Source of the DNA: Glycomyces tenuis DSM 44171 | GTDB lineage: Bacteria > Actinomycetota > Actinomycetes > Mycobacteriales > Micromonosporaceae | Direction of reading: 5' to 3' | Assembly (NCBI RefSeq): GCF_000427885.1 | Contig: NZ_ATYW01000001.1 | Location: 147 to 64,146, forward strand | DNA length: 64,000 nucleotides | Shown here: positions 10,046-19,284 of the stretch, in pieces | Layout: each line of letters opens with the position of its first letter | How positions within the stretch are numbered: position 1 is the stretch's first letter | Position numbers and translations under genes: made by a program | Notes under the pieces: generated by a model | Seen by the model: the letters and a program-made list of their open reading frames with translations, nothing else | The model's database searches: none | Told to the model about the DNA's origin: nothing

Positions 10046-10981
10046 ATGAAAAGGCGCAACCTCCTGCGGGCCGCCGCCGTCGCGGCGCCGCTGGCCACGG
10101 TCGGAGCCGTCAGCGGCGTGGCGATGGCCGACACCCCCGACTTCCGCGTCATCGTCACCGAGCAGACCCACAACAAGATCATGGTCTTCGACAAGAACGC
10201 GGCCTTCACGGACGCGAACGTCTACAAGACCTTCAGCCCGGGCACCGGCGGCTGGTACAACCTCTCCGACGTCCGCATCCGCGACACCGCCCAGTTCGGG
10301 GCCATCGGCCTCGCCGCCGCCTCCGGCGGCAAGGTCGGCATCTGGAACATCACCACCGAGCTCCACCAGGAACTCAATGACGTCCTCTGGAGCGCCTCCC
10401 CCGGCGGCAACCCCCACGCGCTCGAGCGCATCCCCAACATCGGCGTCTTCGTCTCGGCCAGCTCCGAGGGCTACCTCACCGTCTACGCCCCCACCGCCAT
10501 CTCCAGGCCCGAGACGCTCGCCAAGGTCCAGACCGTCTCCCTCGCCGGAGCGCACGGCGTCCTGTGGGACCCGCAGAACGAGCTGCTGTGGGCCTGCGGC
10601 GACAAGGTCGTCAAGGCCTACTCGGTCAGCGGCACCTACCGGGAGGCGCGCCTCAAGTCCACCGGCAGATCGGTCGCGCTCTCCGGGCTCGGGCACGACC
10701 TCCAGCCCGACTACTCCGACTCGGGGCGCGTCATCGTCACCGACACCTACGGCGTCTACTCCATCGACAAGTCCACCTTGGCCAAGACGCGGCTCCACGA
10801 GAACACCCGCATCAAGTCCTACGTCAAGATGAGCACCGGCGAGTACTTCTGGATCAGGGGCGACAACGCCGGCTCGCGCGACTGGGGCAGCCCCACCGTC
10901 CGCTTCTCCGAGACGACCGACCGAACCCGCTCCGGCGCCGAGTTCTACAAGGCCCGCTACTACGCCACCCGCTACAACTGA
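10046..10981 (+). CDS. Tat-signal secreted hypothetical protein (beta-propeller-like)
   Basis: RBS aaggagca, then MKRRNLLRAAAVAAPLATVGAVSGVAMA (twin-arginine signal), followed by a repetitive beta-rich sequence. Confidence 0.65.
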   Translation: MKRRNLLRAAAVAAPLATVGAVSGVAMADTPDFRVIVTEQTHNKIMVFDKNAAFTDANVYKTFSPGTGGWYNLSDVRIRDTAQFGAIGLAAASGGKVGIWNITTELHQELNDVLWSASPGGNPHALERIPNIGVFVSASSEGYLTVYAPTAISRPETLAKVQTVSLAGAHGVLWDPQNELLWACGDKVVKAYSVSGTYREARLKSTGRSVALSGLGHDLQPDYSDSGRVIVTDTYGVYSIDKSTLAKTRLHENTRIKSYVKMSTGEYFWIRGDNAGSRDWGSPTVRFSETTDRTRSGAEFYKARYYATRYN

Positions 10982-11003
10982 GCGACCGCCCGGCGGCACA
11001 TGT

Positions 11004-11054
11004 CATATGAGTGAAGTGGAGGTCATGGGCCATGGCCTCCACTTCACTCATATG
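11004..11054. terminator. Perfect 19-bp stem palindrome (bidirectional terminator) between convergent genes
   Basis: catatgagtgaagtggagg - tcatgggccatgg - cctccacttcactcatatg. Confidence 0.6.
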
Positions 11055-11147
11055 ACTTGTGACTTGTCCGAGCCCGAGGCTCCGGCCGGGTCCCTCAGGC
11101 GTCCTGGAAGCAGACCAGGGCACGCCCCTGGTGCCCATGGCGTGCCC

Positions 11148-12134
11148 TCAGGCGTCCTGGAAGTAGAACAGATTCGGCGAGTTCGCGAGTTCGGGCGGGA
11201 GCTCCTCCTCCCACAGCGTCTCGCCCTCGTAGTCGATGAACTTCACGGCGGTGTCGGCCCGGGCCAGGTAGCCGTCGGCCGTCAAGGACTCGCAGCCGGA
11301 GCCCTCCTGCCCGGCGGCCTCCCCATTGGAGAGGTCGATGACCCTGCTCCCCGTCTGCGGCCGGATCACGAAGCCGCCCTCATAGCCGCCCTCGGCCTCG
11401 TAGCCGTCGGCCAGGCACACGTACCGACCGCTCGGATCGACCTCCGCCAAGCCCGTCACCGCCGGTTCGACGCCGCTCAGCGAGTCGATCGGGATCGTCT
11501 CCACGTGCTCGCCGGTCTCGCTCACCCGGTACAGCTCGGTCACGGCGAGGTCGTGGTAGATCCCCTCGACCTCGCCGTCGGACTCGTACCACCGCACCCG
11601 GCAGCCCTCGTCGAGGACCGTCGCGGTGTCGAGCTTCTCGGCCGTCGGCGAGAACCACTCGACCGACCCGAACACCTCGACAGGGGCGCCCGTGTCGCCC
11701 CAGACCGGCACGCGGTGCGCCATCACCGCCGAGCCGTCCGGCGACCACACCGGGTCGACGCACGCGTGGTCGACGGGGTAGGGCACGGTCCCGGTCAACT
11801 CGCCGGTCTCGAGGTCGACGATCTGGAGGTCGCTGTCCGGCGTCCCGCCCGAGACCCACGAGGCGTGCCGCTGGTCGGGGGCGATGCTCAGCGTCGACTG
11901 GAAGACCAGCCCCACGTCCCCGCCGCGCTCCCAGACGCCGGAGGCGTCCAGAACCGCCTCGGGCTCGCCCTCGCCGACGTCCCAGCGCCACAGCCGGTGG
12001 TCGTCGCCGACGCCGTACAGCACGCCGGGCTCGGACTCCTCGCCGCCCGCCGATCCGTCGTCGCACGCGAGCAGGCCGCCGGCCAGCACCACCCCGCACG
12101 CGGTGGCGCCGATGATGCTTCTGCGATCGGCCAT
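11148..12134 (-). CDS. Lipoprotein with PD40/TolB-like beta-propeller repeats
   Basis: MADRRSIIGATACGVVLAGGLLAC|DDG lipobox signal with its own RBS (AGGGGAcgacATG), then ..SPDGS.. propeller-like repeats. There is no stop codon between this gene and the upstream peptidase-like ORF. Confidence 0.6.
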   Translation of the reverse strand: MADRRSIIGATACGVVLAGGLLACDDGSAGGEESEPGVLYGVGDDHRLWRWDVGEGEPEAVLDASGVWERGGDVGLVFQSTLSIAPDQRHASWVSGGTPDSDLQIVDLETGELTGTVPYPVDHACVDPVWSPDGSAVMAHRVPVWGDTGAPVEVFGSVEWFSPTAEKLDTATVLDEGCRVRWYESDGEVEGIYHDLAVTELYRVSETGEHVETIPIDSLSGVEPAVTGLAEVDPSGRYVCLADGYEAEGGYEGGFVIRPQTGSRVIDLSNGEAAGQEGSGCESLTADGYLARADTAVKFIDYEGETLWEEELPPELANSPNLFYFQDA

Positions 12135-12923
12135 GTCGTCCCCTAACTCCACTGTGAAGGCTCCCGCGTCCTGGTTCGCCATGGCGTGCTGGGCGATCAC
12201 GTTCAGCCATGCGCGGGCGTTGCCGACCGAGCCGGTCGGATCGACCGAGCCGGCCTTGAACCTGTCCCGCAGCCGCTCGTAGCCGGAGCGCGTCTGCGGC
12301 CCCCAGACGCCGTCGACGGCCATGTCGGACATCCCCGCCAGGTCCCTGGCCGCCCATTGGATGATCGTGACGTCCGTGCCGTAGTCCCAGTCGAGCGCCA
12401 CCACCGACCGTCCCCGGTCGACGTGGATGTGGTTCCAGTGGGAGCCGTCGGGATCATTGTGGACGTGCAGGACGGTCCCGAAGTACTTGCGACACATCGC
12501 CACGACCGCCAGGTATCGGCGCCGCAGCCGCACCCGGCCGTCCTTGCCGTGGACGGCGAGGTCGACGAAACGGTCCGCGCCCCATGAGACCTTGGTGAGG
12601 TCGACCGCCGCCCCGTAGCGGTGGTAGCCCTTCTTGCAGACCTTCGCCCCGGCCAGCCCCACCCAGCTCAGACTCCACGGGACGCCGTGGGGCGGGTACT
12701 TCCGGCCGAGGTCGTCGAAGGAGGCGGCGAGCCCGCCGCACTGCTCGTGGGCCTCCTGGTGCATCGTGAAGGAGGTGACCGAGGGGTGGACGCCGTAGCC
12801 GCTGCCGTCGAACGCCGTGCGGTACCGCAGGGGCCATTTGTGTTCGCCGATCCAGTTGCGGGTGATGTCGGGCAGCTCGCACCGCGATGACGAGAAGGCT
12901 TCGCTGCTGCTCGGGAATCCCAT
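12135..12923 (-). CDS. LAS-superfamily (peptidase M15/VanY-like) metallopeptidase domain, in frame with the downstream lipoprotein
   Basis: GYHRYGAAVD matches the SxHxxGxAxD zinc motif, and HWNHIH supplies the second His motif. Continuous 591-aa ORF 11148..12923, so this is either the N-terminal part of a fusion protein or a lost stop/sequence error. Confidence 0.45.
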
Positions 12924-12935
12924 GGCACCTCCTGA

Positions 12936-13889
12936 TCAAAGTCCTTTGGCGCTGGCGCTGGCGGTGTCGGCGTCGATCTCGAGCCTGGCGCCGAGGCGTC
13001 CGTGGACCGCGACGATCTCGCCCGCGCATCCGCACCCCTCGCCCGAGGGCTCGCGCACCAGCCCGTCCTCGGCGAAGCGGGTCTCGCGCACCTCCCCGCC
13101 GCTGTCGCTGAAGACGCTGACCTCGCCGTCGGCGGTGGGGATCGCCGCCATGGGGCGCCCGGCGCCCTGCACGGTGGCGACGAGTTCCAGGGCGGTGTCG
13201 ACGCCGGTGTAGGAGGTCTGGGTTCCGGCGCCGTCGGCGGTGACGACGAGGATGCGGTCGCCGACGGCGGCGAGCACAGTGCCGTAGCCTTCGCCGAGGC
13301 CCTCGACGATGAGGCCGTCTCGCCAAGTGCGGCCGTCATCTGCGCTGAACGCGAGGTGGCTTCGCGTGATCATGGTGATCTCCGCGTCAGGGCAGCCTTC
13401 GACGGCGACGGCGATACCGCGCGCCCCCGGCAGCGTCAGGGACGTCGCGACGCCGGATCGGATCTGGGCGGGGACCGGAAGCTCGGCGAACGCGACCCGG
13501 TCGCCGTCGATCCGCAGCAGGGCAGGGCGGGCGCGGGAGGCGTCGGCGGCCGCTTCGTCGACCGCGCCGGTGATCCACAGCGTCGCGTCGCGCGCGGCCA
13601 TCGAGTGCGGGTGGAAGCCGCTGGGGAGGTCGACGGCGAGGCGTTCGCCGAGGGCGACGCGCTGGTCGGCGTCGACGACGAGGTGCCGGATCGCGTAGGG
13701 CGCCGCGGCCCCGGCGTCGGCGGTGAGCGCCACGAGCCCGTCGCCGAAGGCGGCGGCGGATCGGATCGACGAGGCGGAGCCCTGGGCGCTCGCCTGTGCG
13801 GGCGCGATGGCGACACCCGAGGCGAACATCGCCGCCAGACCGGTCAACAGGGTCCGTCGCGAAAGAAGCGGATGCTCGATAGCGGCCAT
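12936..13889 (-). CDS. Tat-signal secreted hypothetical protein
   Basis: MAAIEHPLLSRRTLLTGLAAMFASGVAIAPAQA signal, followed by a beta-rich region. Confidence 0.65.
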   Translation of the reverse strand: MAAIEHPLLSRRTLLTGLAAMFASGVAIAPAQASAQGSASSIRSAAAFGDGLVALTADAGAAAPYAIRHLVVDADQRVALGERLAVDLPSGFHPHSMAARDATLWITGAVDEAAADASRARPALLRIDGDRVAFAELPVPAQIRSGVATSLTLPGARGIAVAVEGCPDAEITMITRSHLAFSADDGRTWRDGLIVEGLGEGYGTVLAAVGDRILVVTADGAGTQTSYTGVDTALELVATVQGAGRPMAAIPTADGEVSVFSDSGGEVRETRFAEDGLVREPSGEGCGCAGEIVAVHGRLGARLEIDADTASASAKGL

Positions 13890-13941
13890 GGCGATACTCC
13901 GGATCGGTGGAGAGTCGAGAGTCCGACTCAGAAGTAACTCC

Positions 13942-13955
13942 ATATTGGCCAATAT
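13942..13955. promoter_or_regulatory. Perfect 14-bp palindrome ATATTGGCCAATAT in a divergent promoter region
   Basis: Seen directly, about 50 bp upstream of the minus-strand secreted-protein start. The flanking region has lower GC and direct repeats GTCTCGTTTCAGCGGAGGC / GTCTCAGTTCAGGAGAGGC. Confidence 0.4.
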
Positions 13956-14163
13956 CGCGGCGGAATTCCGGTGAAACGGGTACTTTCACGGAAACGAGGG
14001 TTTCAAACCGTTGTTTCGCACGTTTTCAGGTATTGGAGCCGATCCGGCGCTAGGATCCCAGTGGTCGCATCTCTGTCGCGTCTCATCGATTCCGGGGCAG
14101 TCTCGTTTCAGCGGAGGCATCCGGGAGTCGTCTCAGTTCAGGAGAGGCGCCCCCAGAGCGAAC

Positions 14164-14199
14164 AGTACACGGGTTGATGAATACATGATTCCGTGTACT
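14164..14199. promoter_or_regulatory. Putative ArsR/SmtB (CmtR-type) operator, 9-18-9 inverted repeat
   Basis: agtacacgg-N18-ccgtgtact, ending 10 bp before the cmtR-like ATG. Confidence 0.5.
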
Positions 14200-14208
14200 A
14201 TCGGTGCC

Positions 14209-14538
14209 ATGGAGACCTTGACCTACGGACAGGTCCTGGCCCGCTTCGGCCACGCCCTGTCCGACCCCACCCGCTCGCGCCTGCTGCTGGCGCTGCGCGA
14301 GGCCCCCGGCTACCCGGCCGACCTCGCCGCAACCCTCGGTGTCTCGCGCCAGTCCCTGTCGAACCACCTCGCCTGCCTGAGAGGCTGCGGCCTGGTCGTC
14401 GCCGCCCCCGAGGGCCGCCGCACCCGCTACGAACTCGCCGACGCCAGGCTCGGCCACGCCCTGGGCGACCTCCTCGGCGTCGTCCTCGCCGTTGACCCCA
14501 AGGCCTGCGACGCGACCGACGAGCAGGGCTGCTGCTAA
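14209..14538 (+). CDS. cmtR: ArsR/SmtB-family metalloregulator, CmtR-like (Cd/Pb sensor type)
   Basis: METLTYGQVLARFGHALSDPTRSRLL...LSNHLACLRGCGLVVAAPEGRRTRYELAD with a Cys-rich tail CDATDEQGCC. The stop overlaps the ATG of the next gene (TAATG). Confidence 0.75.
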   Translation: METLTYGQVLARFGHALSDPTRSRLLLALREAPGYPADLAATLGVSRQSLSNHLACLRGCGLVVAAPEGRRTRYELADARLGHALGDLLGVVLAVDPKACDATDEQGCC

Positions 14539-15263
14539 TGGCCTCGCCAATCCCGCTCGCGCGCAAGCCGACCGGTCCGAGTCCTGCGCGGCGCGCTCAG
14601 CTCACCCGGATCATCCGCTTCCTGGTCGCGGCCACCATCGCCTACAACGTGATCGAAGCCGCCGTCGCCCTGGTCGCCGGTTCGATCGCCTCCTCGACCG
14701 CCCTCATCGGTTTCGGACTCGACTCGATCATCGAAGTCGCCTCCGCCGCCGCGGTCGCCTGGCAGTTCTCCGCCTCGGACCCCGAGGTCCGCGAAGCGCG
14801 CGAGCACCGGGCGCTGCGCATCATCGCCCTCTCGTTCTTCGCCCTCGCCGCCTACGTCACCTTCGAGTCAGTCCGCAGCCTCCTCGGTGGCGGCGAAGCC
14901 GAACACTCCACGGTCGGCCTCGTCCTGGCCGCGGTCTCGCTCGCGGTCATGCCGTTCCTGTCCTTCGCGCAACGCCGGGCCGGGCGCGAACTCGGTTCGG
15001 CCACCGCCGTCGCCGATTCCAAGTAGACGCTGCTGTGCACCTACCTCTCGGCGGTCCTGCTGGTCGGGCTCGCGCTCAACAGTCTGTTCGGCTGGGCCTG
15101 GGCCGACCCGCTCGCCGCGATCGTCATCGCCGCCGTCGCCGTCAGGGAAGGCGTCGAAGCATGGAAGGGCGACAACTGCTGCACCCCCGCAGCCGCTGCC
15201 TTCGCGGCCGACACCGACGCAGCCGCTGGCTGTGACGACGGCTGCTGCGGCCACGACAAGTAA
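14538..15263 (+). pseudogene. Cation-diffusion-facilitator (CDF) metal efflux protein with an in-frame TAG at 15024-15026
   Basis: The N-terminal 162 aa hold CDF TMs 1-5 (...FAQRRAGRELGSATAVADSK). After the TAG, the same frame continues with TLLCTYLSAVLLVGLALNSLFGWAWADPLAAIVIAAV...DNCCTPAAAAFAADTDAAAGCDDGCCGHDK (TM6 plus a Cys-rich metal-binding tail) to TAA at 15263. A CAG-to-TAG change at the conserved SKQTLL position is likely. Confidence 0.75.
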
Positions 15264-15285
15264 CACCACTCCACCAACACCCAGC

Positions 15286-15314
15286 GGCGGCCGAGTTCAA
15301 CGAACTCGGCCGCC
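15286..15314 (+). terminator. Intrinsic terminator hairpin after the cmtR-CDF operon
   Basis: ggcggccgagtt-caacg-aactcggccgcc: a perfect 12-bp stem 23 nt after the stop. Confidence 0.55.
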
Positions 15315-15621
15315 ACACTTGCCGATCCACCTCAGCTGAAGCGAGACGCCATCCGCGATCACTGCCACAACCAAGATGAAAAACAGCAGGTCAGCGGATC
15401 ATCGACGCCTCAGCTCAATTGGGATCGGTCAACCTCGGTTCGAACACCGCTCGAAACGCCTCCGGCAGAGCGGCTCGCCTACGCGATCGCCGGGCGGCGC
15501 CCCCGCGCACGCGACGGAGGCCGTGTCACCCCCGGCGAGCTGGTCGATCACTCACGGCGCCCCGCGCGGAAACGGCGGAGGCAGGGCACGAGGTTTCGTC
15601 TCGACCGCCTCGAAGGGCGCG

Positions 15622-18225
15622 TCAGCCTCGGTCGACGGTGAGCTTGTCGCCCTGGCCGGTGGCGCCGACCTTCACCGTGTCGCCGTCGATGATCTTGCCT
15701 TCCAGGAGCTCGCGCGAGAGCGGATCGCCGATCGAGGTCTGGATCAGGCGGCGCAGCGGCCTGGCCCCGTAGACCGGGTCGAAGCCGCGCTCGGCCAGCC
15801 AGGACTTCGCCGCATCGTCCACGGTGAGCTTGAGCCGCCGCGTGTCCATGCGCCGCTGGAGCTGGCGCAGCTGCACGTCCACGATCGACTTGAGGTCCTC
15901 GTGCTCCAGAGCGTGGAAGATGACGATGTCGTCGAGCCGGTTGAGGAACTCGGGCTTGAAGTGGCCCCGGATCGCGCCCAGCACCGACTCGCGCTTGGCC
16001 TCGGCCTCCAGCGTCGGGTCGGTCAGCGACTGCGAGCCGAGGTTCGAGGTCATGATCAGGATGACGTTGCGGAAGTCGACCGTGCGGCCCTGCCCGTCGG
16101 TCAGGCGCCCGTCGTCGAGGACCTGGAGCAGCGTGTCGAAGACCCGCGTGTGCGCCTTCTCGACCTCGTCGAGCAGCACCACCGAGTACGGCCTGCGCCG
16201 CACCGGCTCGGTGAGCTGGCCGCCCTCCTCGTATCCGACATAGCCGGGCGGGGCGCCGATGAGGCGCGCCACCGAGTGCTGCTCGGTGTACTCGCCCATG
16301 TCGATGCGGATCATCGCCCGGTCGTCGTCGAACATGAACTCGGCGAGGGCCTTCGCCAGCTCGGTCTTGCCGACGCCGCTGGGCCCGGCGAAGATGAACG
16401 AGCCGGTGGGCCGGTTCGGATCGGACAGGCCCGCGCGGGCGCGGCGCAGCGCGTCGGAGACGACGGTGACCGCCTCCCGCTGGCCGACGACGCGCTCGCC
16501 GAGGACGCGCTCGGCATTGAGGAGCTTGTGCGTCTCGGACTCCTGGAGGCGCCCGGCGGGGATGCCGGTCCACGACGAGACGACGTCGGCGATCTCGTCG
16601 GCGTCGATCTCCTCCTTGAGCATCGGGGCCTCGGCGACCGGCTCGTCGGTGCGCTCGAGCTCGGCCTCGGCCACCGTCAGCTGCTGTTCGAGCTCGGGGA
16701 TCTTGCCGTAGCGCAGCTGCGCGGCCTTCTCCAGGTCGTATTCGCGTTCGGCCCGCTCGGCCTGGGTGCGCAGGTCGTCGAGCTGCTCCTTGAGCTCGGA
16801 GACCTTGGAGATGCGGTCCTTCTCCGAGGCCCACTGGCGGCTCAGCGCCGCGAGGCGCTCGCGGGCGTCGGCCAGTTCGCGCTGGAGCGCCTGGAGCCGC
16901 TCGGCCGAGGCCGGGTCGTCGGTCTCGTTCTGGAGCGCGGTCTCCTCGATCTCGAGGCGGCGCACGGCCCGCTCGACCTCGTCGATCTCCTCGGGACGCG
17001 AGTCGATCTCGATGCGCAGGCGCGAGGCGGCCTCGTCGACCAGGTCGATGGCCTTGTCGGGGAGCTGGCGGTCGGTGATGTACCGGGCCGACAGCTGCGA
17101 GGCGGCCACCAGCGCGGAGTCGGTGATGCGCACGCCGTGGTGCACCTCGTAGCGCTCCTTGAGGCCGCGCAGAATGGCGACGGTGTCCTCGATGGACGGC
17201 TCGCCGACGTAGACCTGCTGGAAGCGGCGCTCCAGGGCCGCGTCCTTCTCGATGTGCTCGCGGTACTCGTTGAGCGTGGTCGCGCCGATCATGTGGAGCT
17301 CGCCGCGCGCCAGAGCGGGCTTGAGCATGTTCCCGGCGTCCATCGAGCCTTCGGACTTGCCGGCGCCGACCATGGTGTGCAGCTCGTCCATGAACGGGAT
17401 GATCTCGCCGTCGGAGGACTTGATCTCCTCCAGCACGGACTTGAACCGCTCCTCGAACTGGCCGCGGTACTGGGCGCCGGCGATCATGCTGGCGAGGTCG
17501 AGGAGGATGACGCGGCGGTCCCTCAGGGAGTCGGGGACGTCGCCCGCGACGATGCGCTGGGCGAGCCCTTCGACGATGGCGGTCTTGCCGACGCCGGGCT
17601 CGCCGATGAGGACCGGGTTGTTCTTGGTGCGGCGGGACAGGACCTGGATGACGCGGCGGATCTCGGTGTCGCGGCCGATGACCGGGTCGACCTTGCCCGA
17701 GCGGGCGGTCTCGGTGAGGTCCACGCCGTACTTCTCGAGGGCCTTGTAGCCCTGCTCGGGGTCGGCGCTGGAGATCTTGCGATCACCGCCGCGCAGGGTC
17801 GGGAACGCGCTGAGCAGCTTCTTCTCGGTGGCGCCCTGCTCGGCGAGGTAGGAGCCGACCTCGCCGCCGGCCTGGACGAGCGCGGTGAGGAGGTGCTCGG
17901 TGGAGACGTACTCGTCGCCGTAGTCGGTGGCGATCTTGTCGGCGGCGTTGATGGCGCGCAGCGACTCCCGGGCCATGGAGGGCTCGGAGACGGACGGCCC
18001 CGAGGCGGAGGGCATCTCGTCGAGGCGGCGCTCGGTCTCGGCCGAGACGGCGCCGGGCGTGACGCCGACGAGCTGGAGCAGGCCCGGCGCGGTGGAGCCG
18101 TCGACGGTGATCAGCGCGTCGAGCAGGTGCCAGGGGTCGACCGCCGGGTTGCCGCCCGCGGCGGCGGTGCGGGCGGCCTGCGAGATGACTTCGCGGCTCT
18201 TGGTGGTCAAACGGTTGACGTCCAC
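15622..18225 (-). CDS. clpB: ATP-dependent chaperone ClpB
   Basis: 867 aa with Clp_N, two AAA+ modules ([17 protein letters not shown]; [19 protein letters not shown]) and a middle coiled-coil. GTG start. Confidence 0.95.
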   Translation of the reverse strand: MDVNRLTTKSREVISQAARTAAAGGNPAVDPWHLLDALITVDGSTAPGLLQLVGVTPGAVSAETERRLDEMPSASGPSVSEPSMARESLRAINAADKIATDYGDEYVSTEHLLTALVQAGGEVGSYLAEQGATEKKLLSAFPTLRGGDRKISSADPEQGYKALEKYGVDLTETARSGKVDPVIGRDTEIRRVIQVLSRRTKNNPVLIGEPGVGKTAIVEGLAQRIVAGDVPDSLRDRRVILLDLASMIAGAQYRGQFEERFKSVLEEIKSSDGEIIPFMDELHTMVGAGKSEGSMDAGNMLKPALARGELHMIGATTLNEYREHIEKDAALERRFQQVYVGEPSIEDTVAILRGLKERYEVHHGVRITDSALVAASQLSARYITDRQLPDKAIDLVDEAASRLRIEIDSRPEEIDEVERAVRRLEIEETALQNETDDPASAERLQALQRELADARERLAALSRQWASEKDRISKVSELKEQLDDLRTQAERAEREYDLEKAAQLRYGKIPELEQQLTVAEAELERTDEPVAEAPMLKEEIDADEIADVVSSWTGIPAGRLQESETHKLLNAERVLGERVVGQREAVTVVSDALRRARAGLSDPNRPTGSFIFAGPSGVGKTELAKALAEFMFDDDRAMIRIDMGEYTEQHSVARLIGAPPGYVGYEEGGQLTEPVRRRPYSVVLLDEVEKAHTRVFDTLLQVLDDGRLTDGQGRTVDFRNVILIMTSNLGSQSLTDPTLEAEAKRESVLGAIRGHFKPEFLNRLDDIVIFHALEHEDLKSIVDVQLRQLQRRMDTRRLKLTVDDAAKSWLAERGFDPVYGARPLRRLIQTSIGDPLSRELLEGKIIDGDTVKVGATGQGDKLTVDRG

Positions 18226-18279
18226 GTGTCTGTCTGCCTTCCTGGGCGCGATTTCGAGCAGTCGGTGGGATGACCGGAG

Positions 18280-18298
18280 TTGAGTCTATATGACTCAA
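18280..18298. promoter_or_regulatory. HAIR element (HspR operator) upstream of clpB
   Basis: TTGAGT-ctatatg-ACTCAA matches the CTTGAGT-N7-ACTCAAG consensus, about 55 bp upstream of the clpB start. Confidence 0.7.
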
Positions 18299-18427
18299 CT
18301 TTTGTGCGGCCAGCGTCTTGCCTCAGCTCACAGGGTAAGGCCCCGGAGCCGCCGGGCCCGGGGCTTCGGCGCAGCGGCGGGGCGAGTCCCGAACGCCGCG
18401 AATGACGTTCGGACGCGGCCGGCGCGG

Positions 18428-18470
18428 AGCCGAAAAAGCCCCGGGCCCTGGGGGGCCCGGGGGCTTGAGT
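18428..18470 (-). terminator. Rho-independent terminator downstream of gene 18483..19157
   Basis: Minus-strand gcccccgggcccc-ccag-gggcccggggc followed by TTTTT. Confidence 0.5.
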
Positions 18471-18482
18471 GGGTTCGCGGTA

Positions 18483-19157
18483 CTACTTGCGAGCGCCGGT
18501 CTTGCCGAAGATGGACTTGAGCTTGGCGACGAAGCCCGGCTTCGGGGAGGGCTTCTGGGCCTCGTCCTCGACGTCGGCCTTCTCGGCGGCCGGTTCCTCG
18601 ATCTGGTCGATCTCGGGTTCCCGCTCCACCTTGGGCGCCTCGGCCTGGGCCGGGACGACCTTCTCGGGCTCGGGTTCCGGCTCCGGCTCGGCGGCCGGCT
18701 CCTCGACGGCCGCGGGCCGGTCCTCGGGCTCCAGCTCCACGGACTCGGCCACCGGCTCGGGTTCCGGCTCGGCTTCGACCACCGGCTCCGGTTCCGCAGC
18801 GGGCTCGGGTTCGGCGGCGGCCTCGGCGGCCGGGGCCTTCTCCGGCTCGGCGGCCGCTTCGGGTTCGGCCGCCTCTTCGGGTTCGGCCACTTCTTCGGGT
18901 TCGACAGTGGCGCCGTCGACGAGCAGTTCCTTCAGGTCGGCGAGCTTGATGACGGGCACGCCGGTCTCCTCGGCCTTCTTCACACGGGCCTCGGACGACT
19001 TCACCGTGTCGTCGATGAGCAAGTGCGTCACCGTCTTCGTGAACTTCGCGGCGATCGCGACATCTGCGTCGGCCGCGGCGATCTCGCGGGCCTCTTCGGC
19101 GTCCTGGCCTGTGCCCAGGACGATGATCCGGATCTTCGCTCCCGTCTTCGTCGGCAC
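18483..19157 (-). CDS. Hypothetical protein: BRCT-like N-terminal domain plus acidic Glu/Pro (EP) repeat tail
   Basis: RBS AAGGGAGG plus GTG start. AKIRIIVLGTGQDAEE...TKTVTHLLIDDTVKSSEARVKKAEETGVPVIKLADLKELL, then ..EPEEVAEPEEAAEPEAAAEPE..EPEPEPEPEK.. low-complexity region. Last gene of the flotillin supra-operon. Confidence 0.55.
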   Translation of the reverse strand: MPTKTGAKIRIIVLGTGQDAEEAREIAAADADVAIAAKFTKTVTHLLIDDTVKSSEARVKKAEETGVPVIKLADLKELLVDGATVEPEEVAEPEEAAEPEAAAEPEKAPAAEAAAEPEPAAEPEPVVEAEPEPEPVAESVELEPEDRPAAVEEPAAEPEPEPEPEKVVPAQAEAPKVEREPEIDQIEEPAAEKADVEDEAQKPSPKPGFVAKLKSIFGKTGARK

Positions 19158-19284
19158 GGGGACCTCCCTTATTCGATGGAATACGGCTACAGGGGCACAA
19201 CGGGTCTTAGTTGTCACGCTTCTTTGAGAGCGTACCGGTCGTCGACTCCGACTTCGCTGAGCGTAGACGGGAGAATCGCCGCTT

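Noticed and set aside
15376-18273. 965-aa plus-strand ORF opposite clpB
   Set aside because: Arg/Gly/Asp/Leu-rich composition typical of an antisense frame in high-GC DNA. The opposite strand encodes an unmistakable ClpB.
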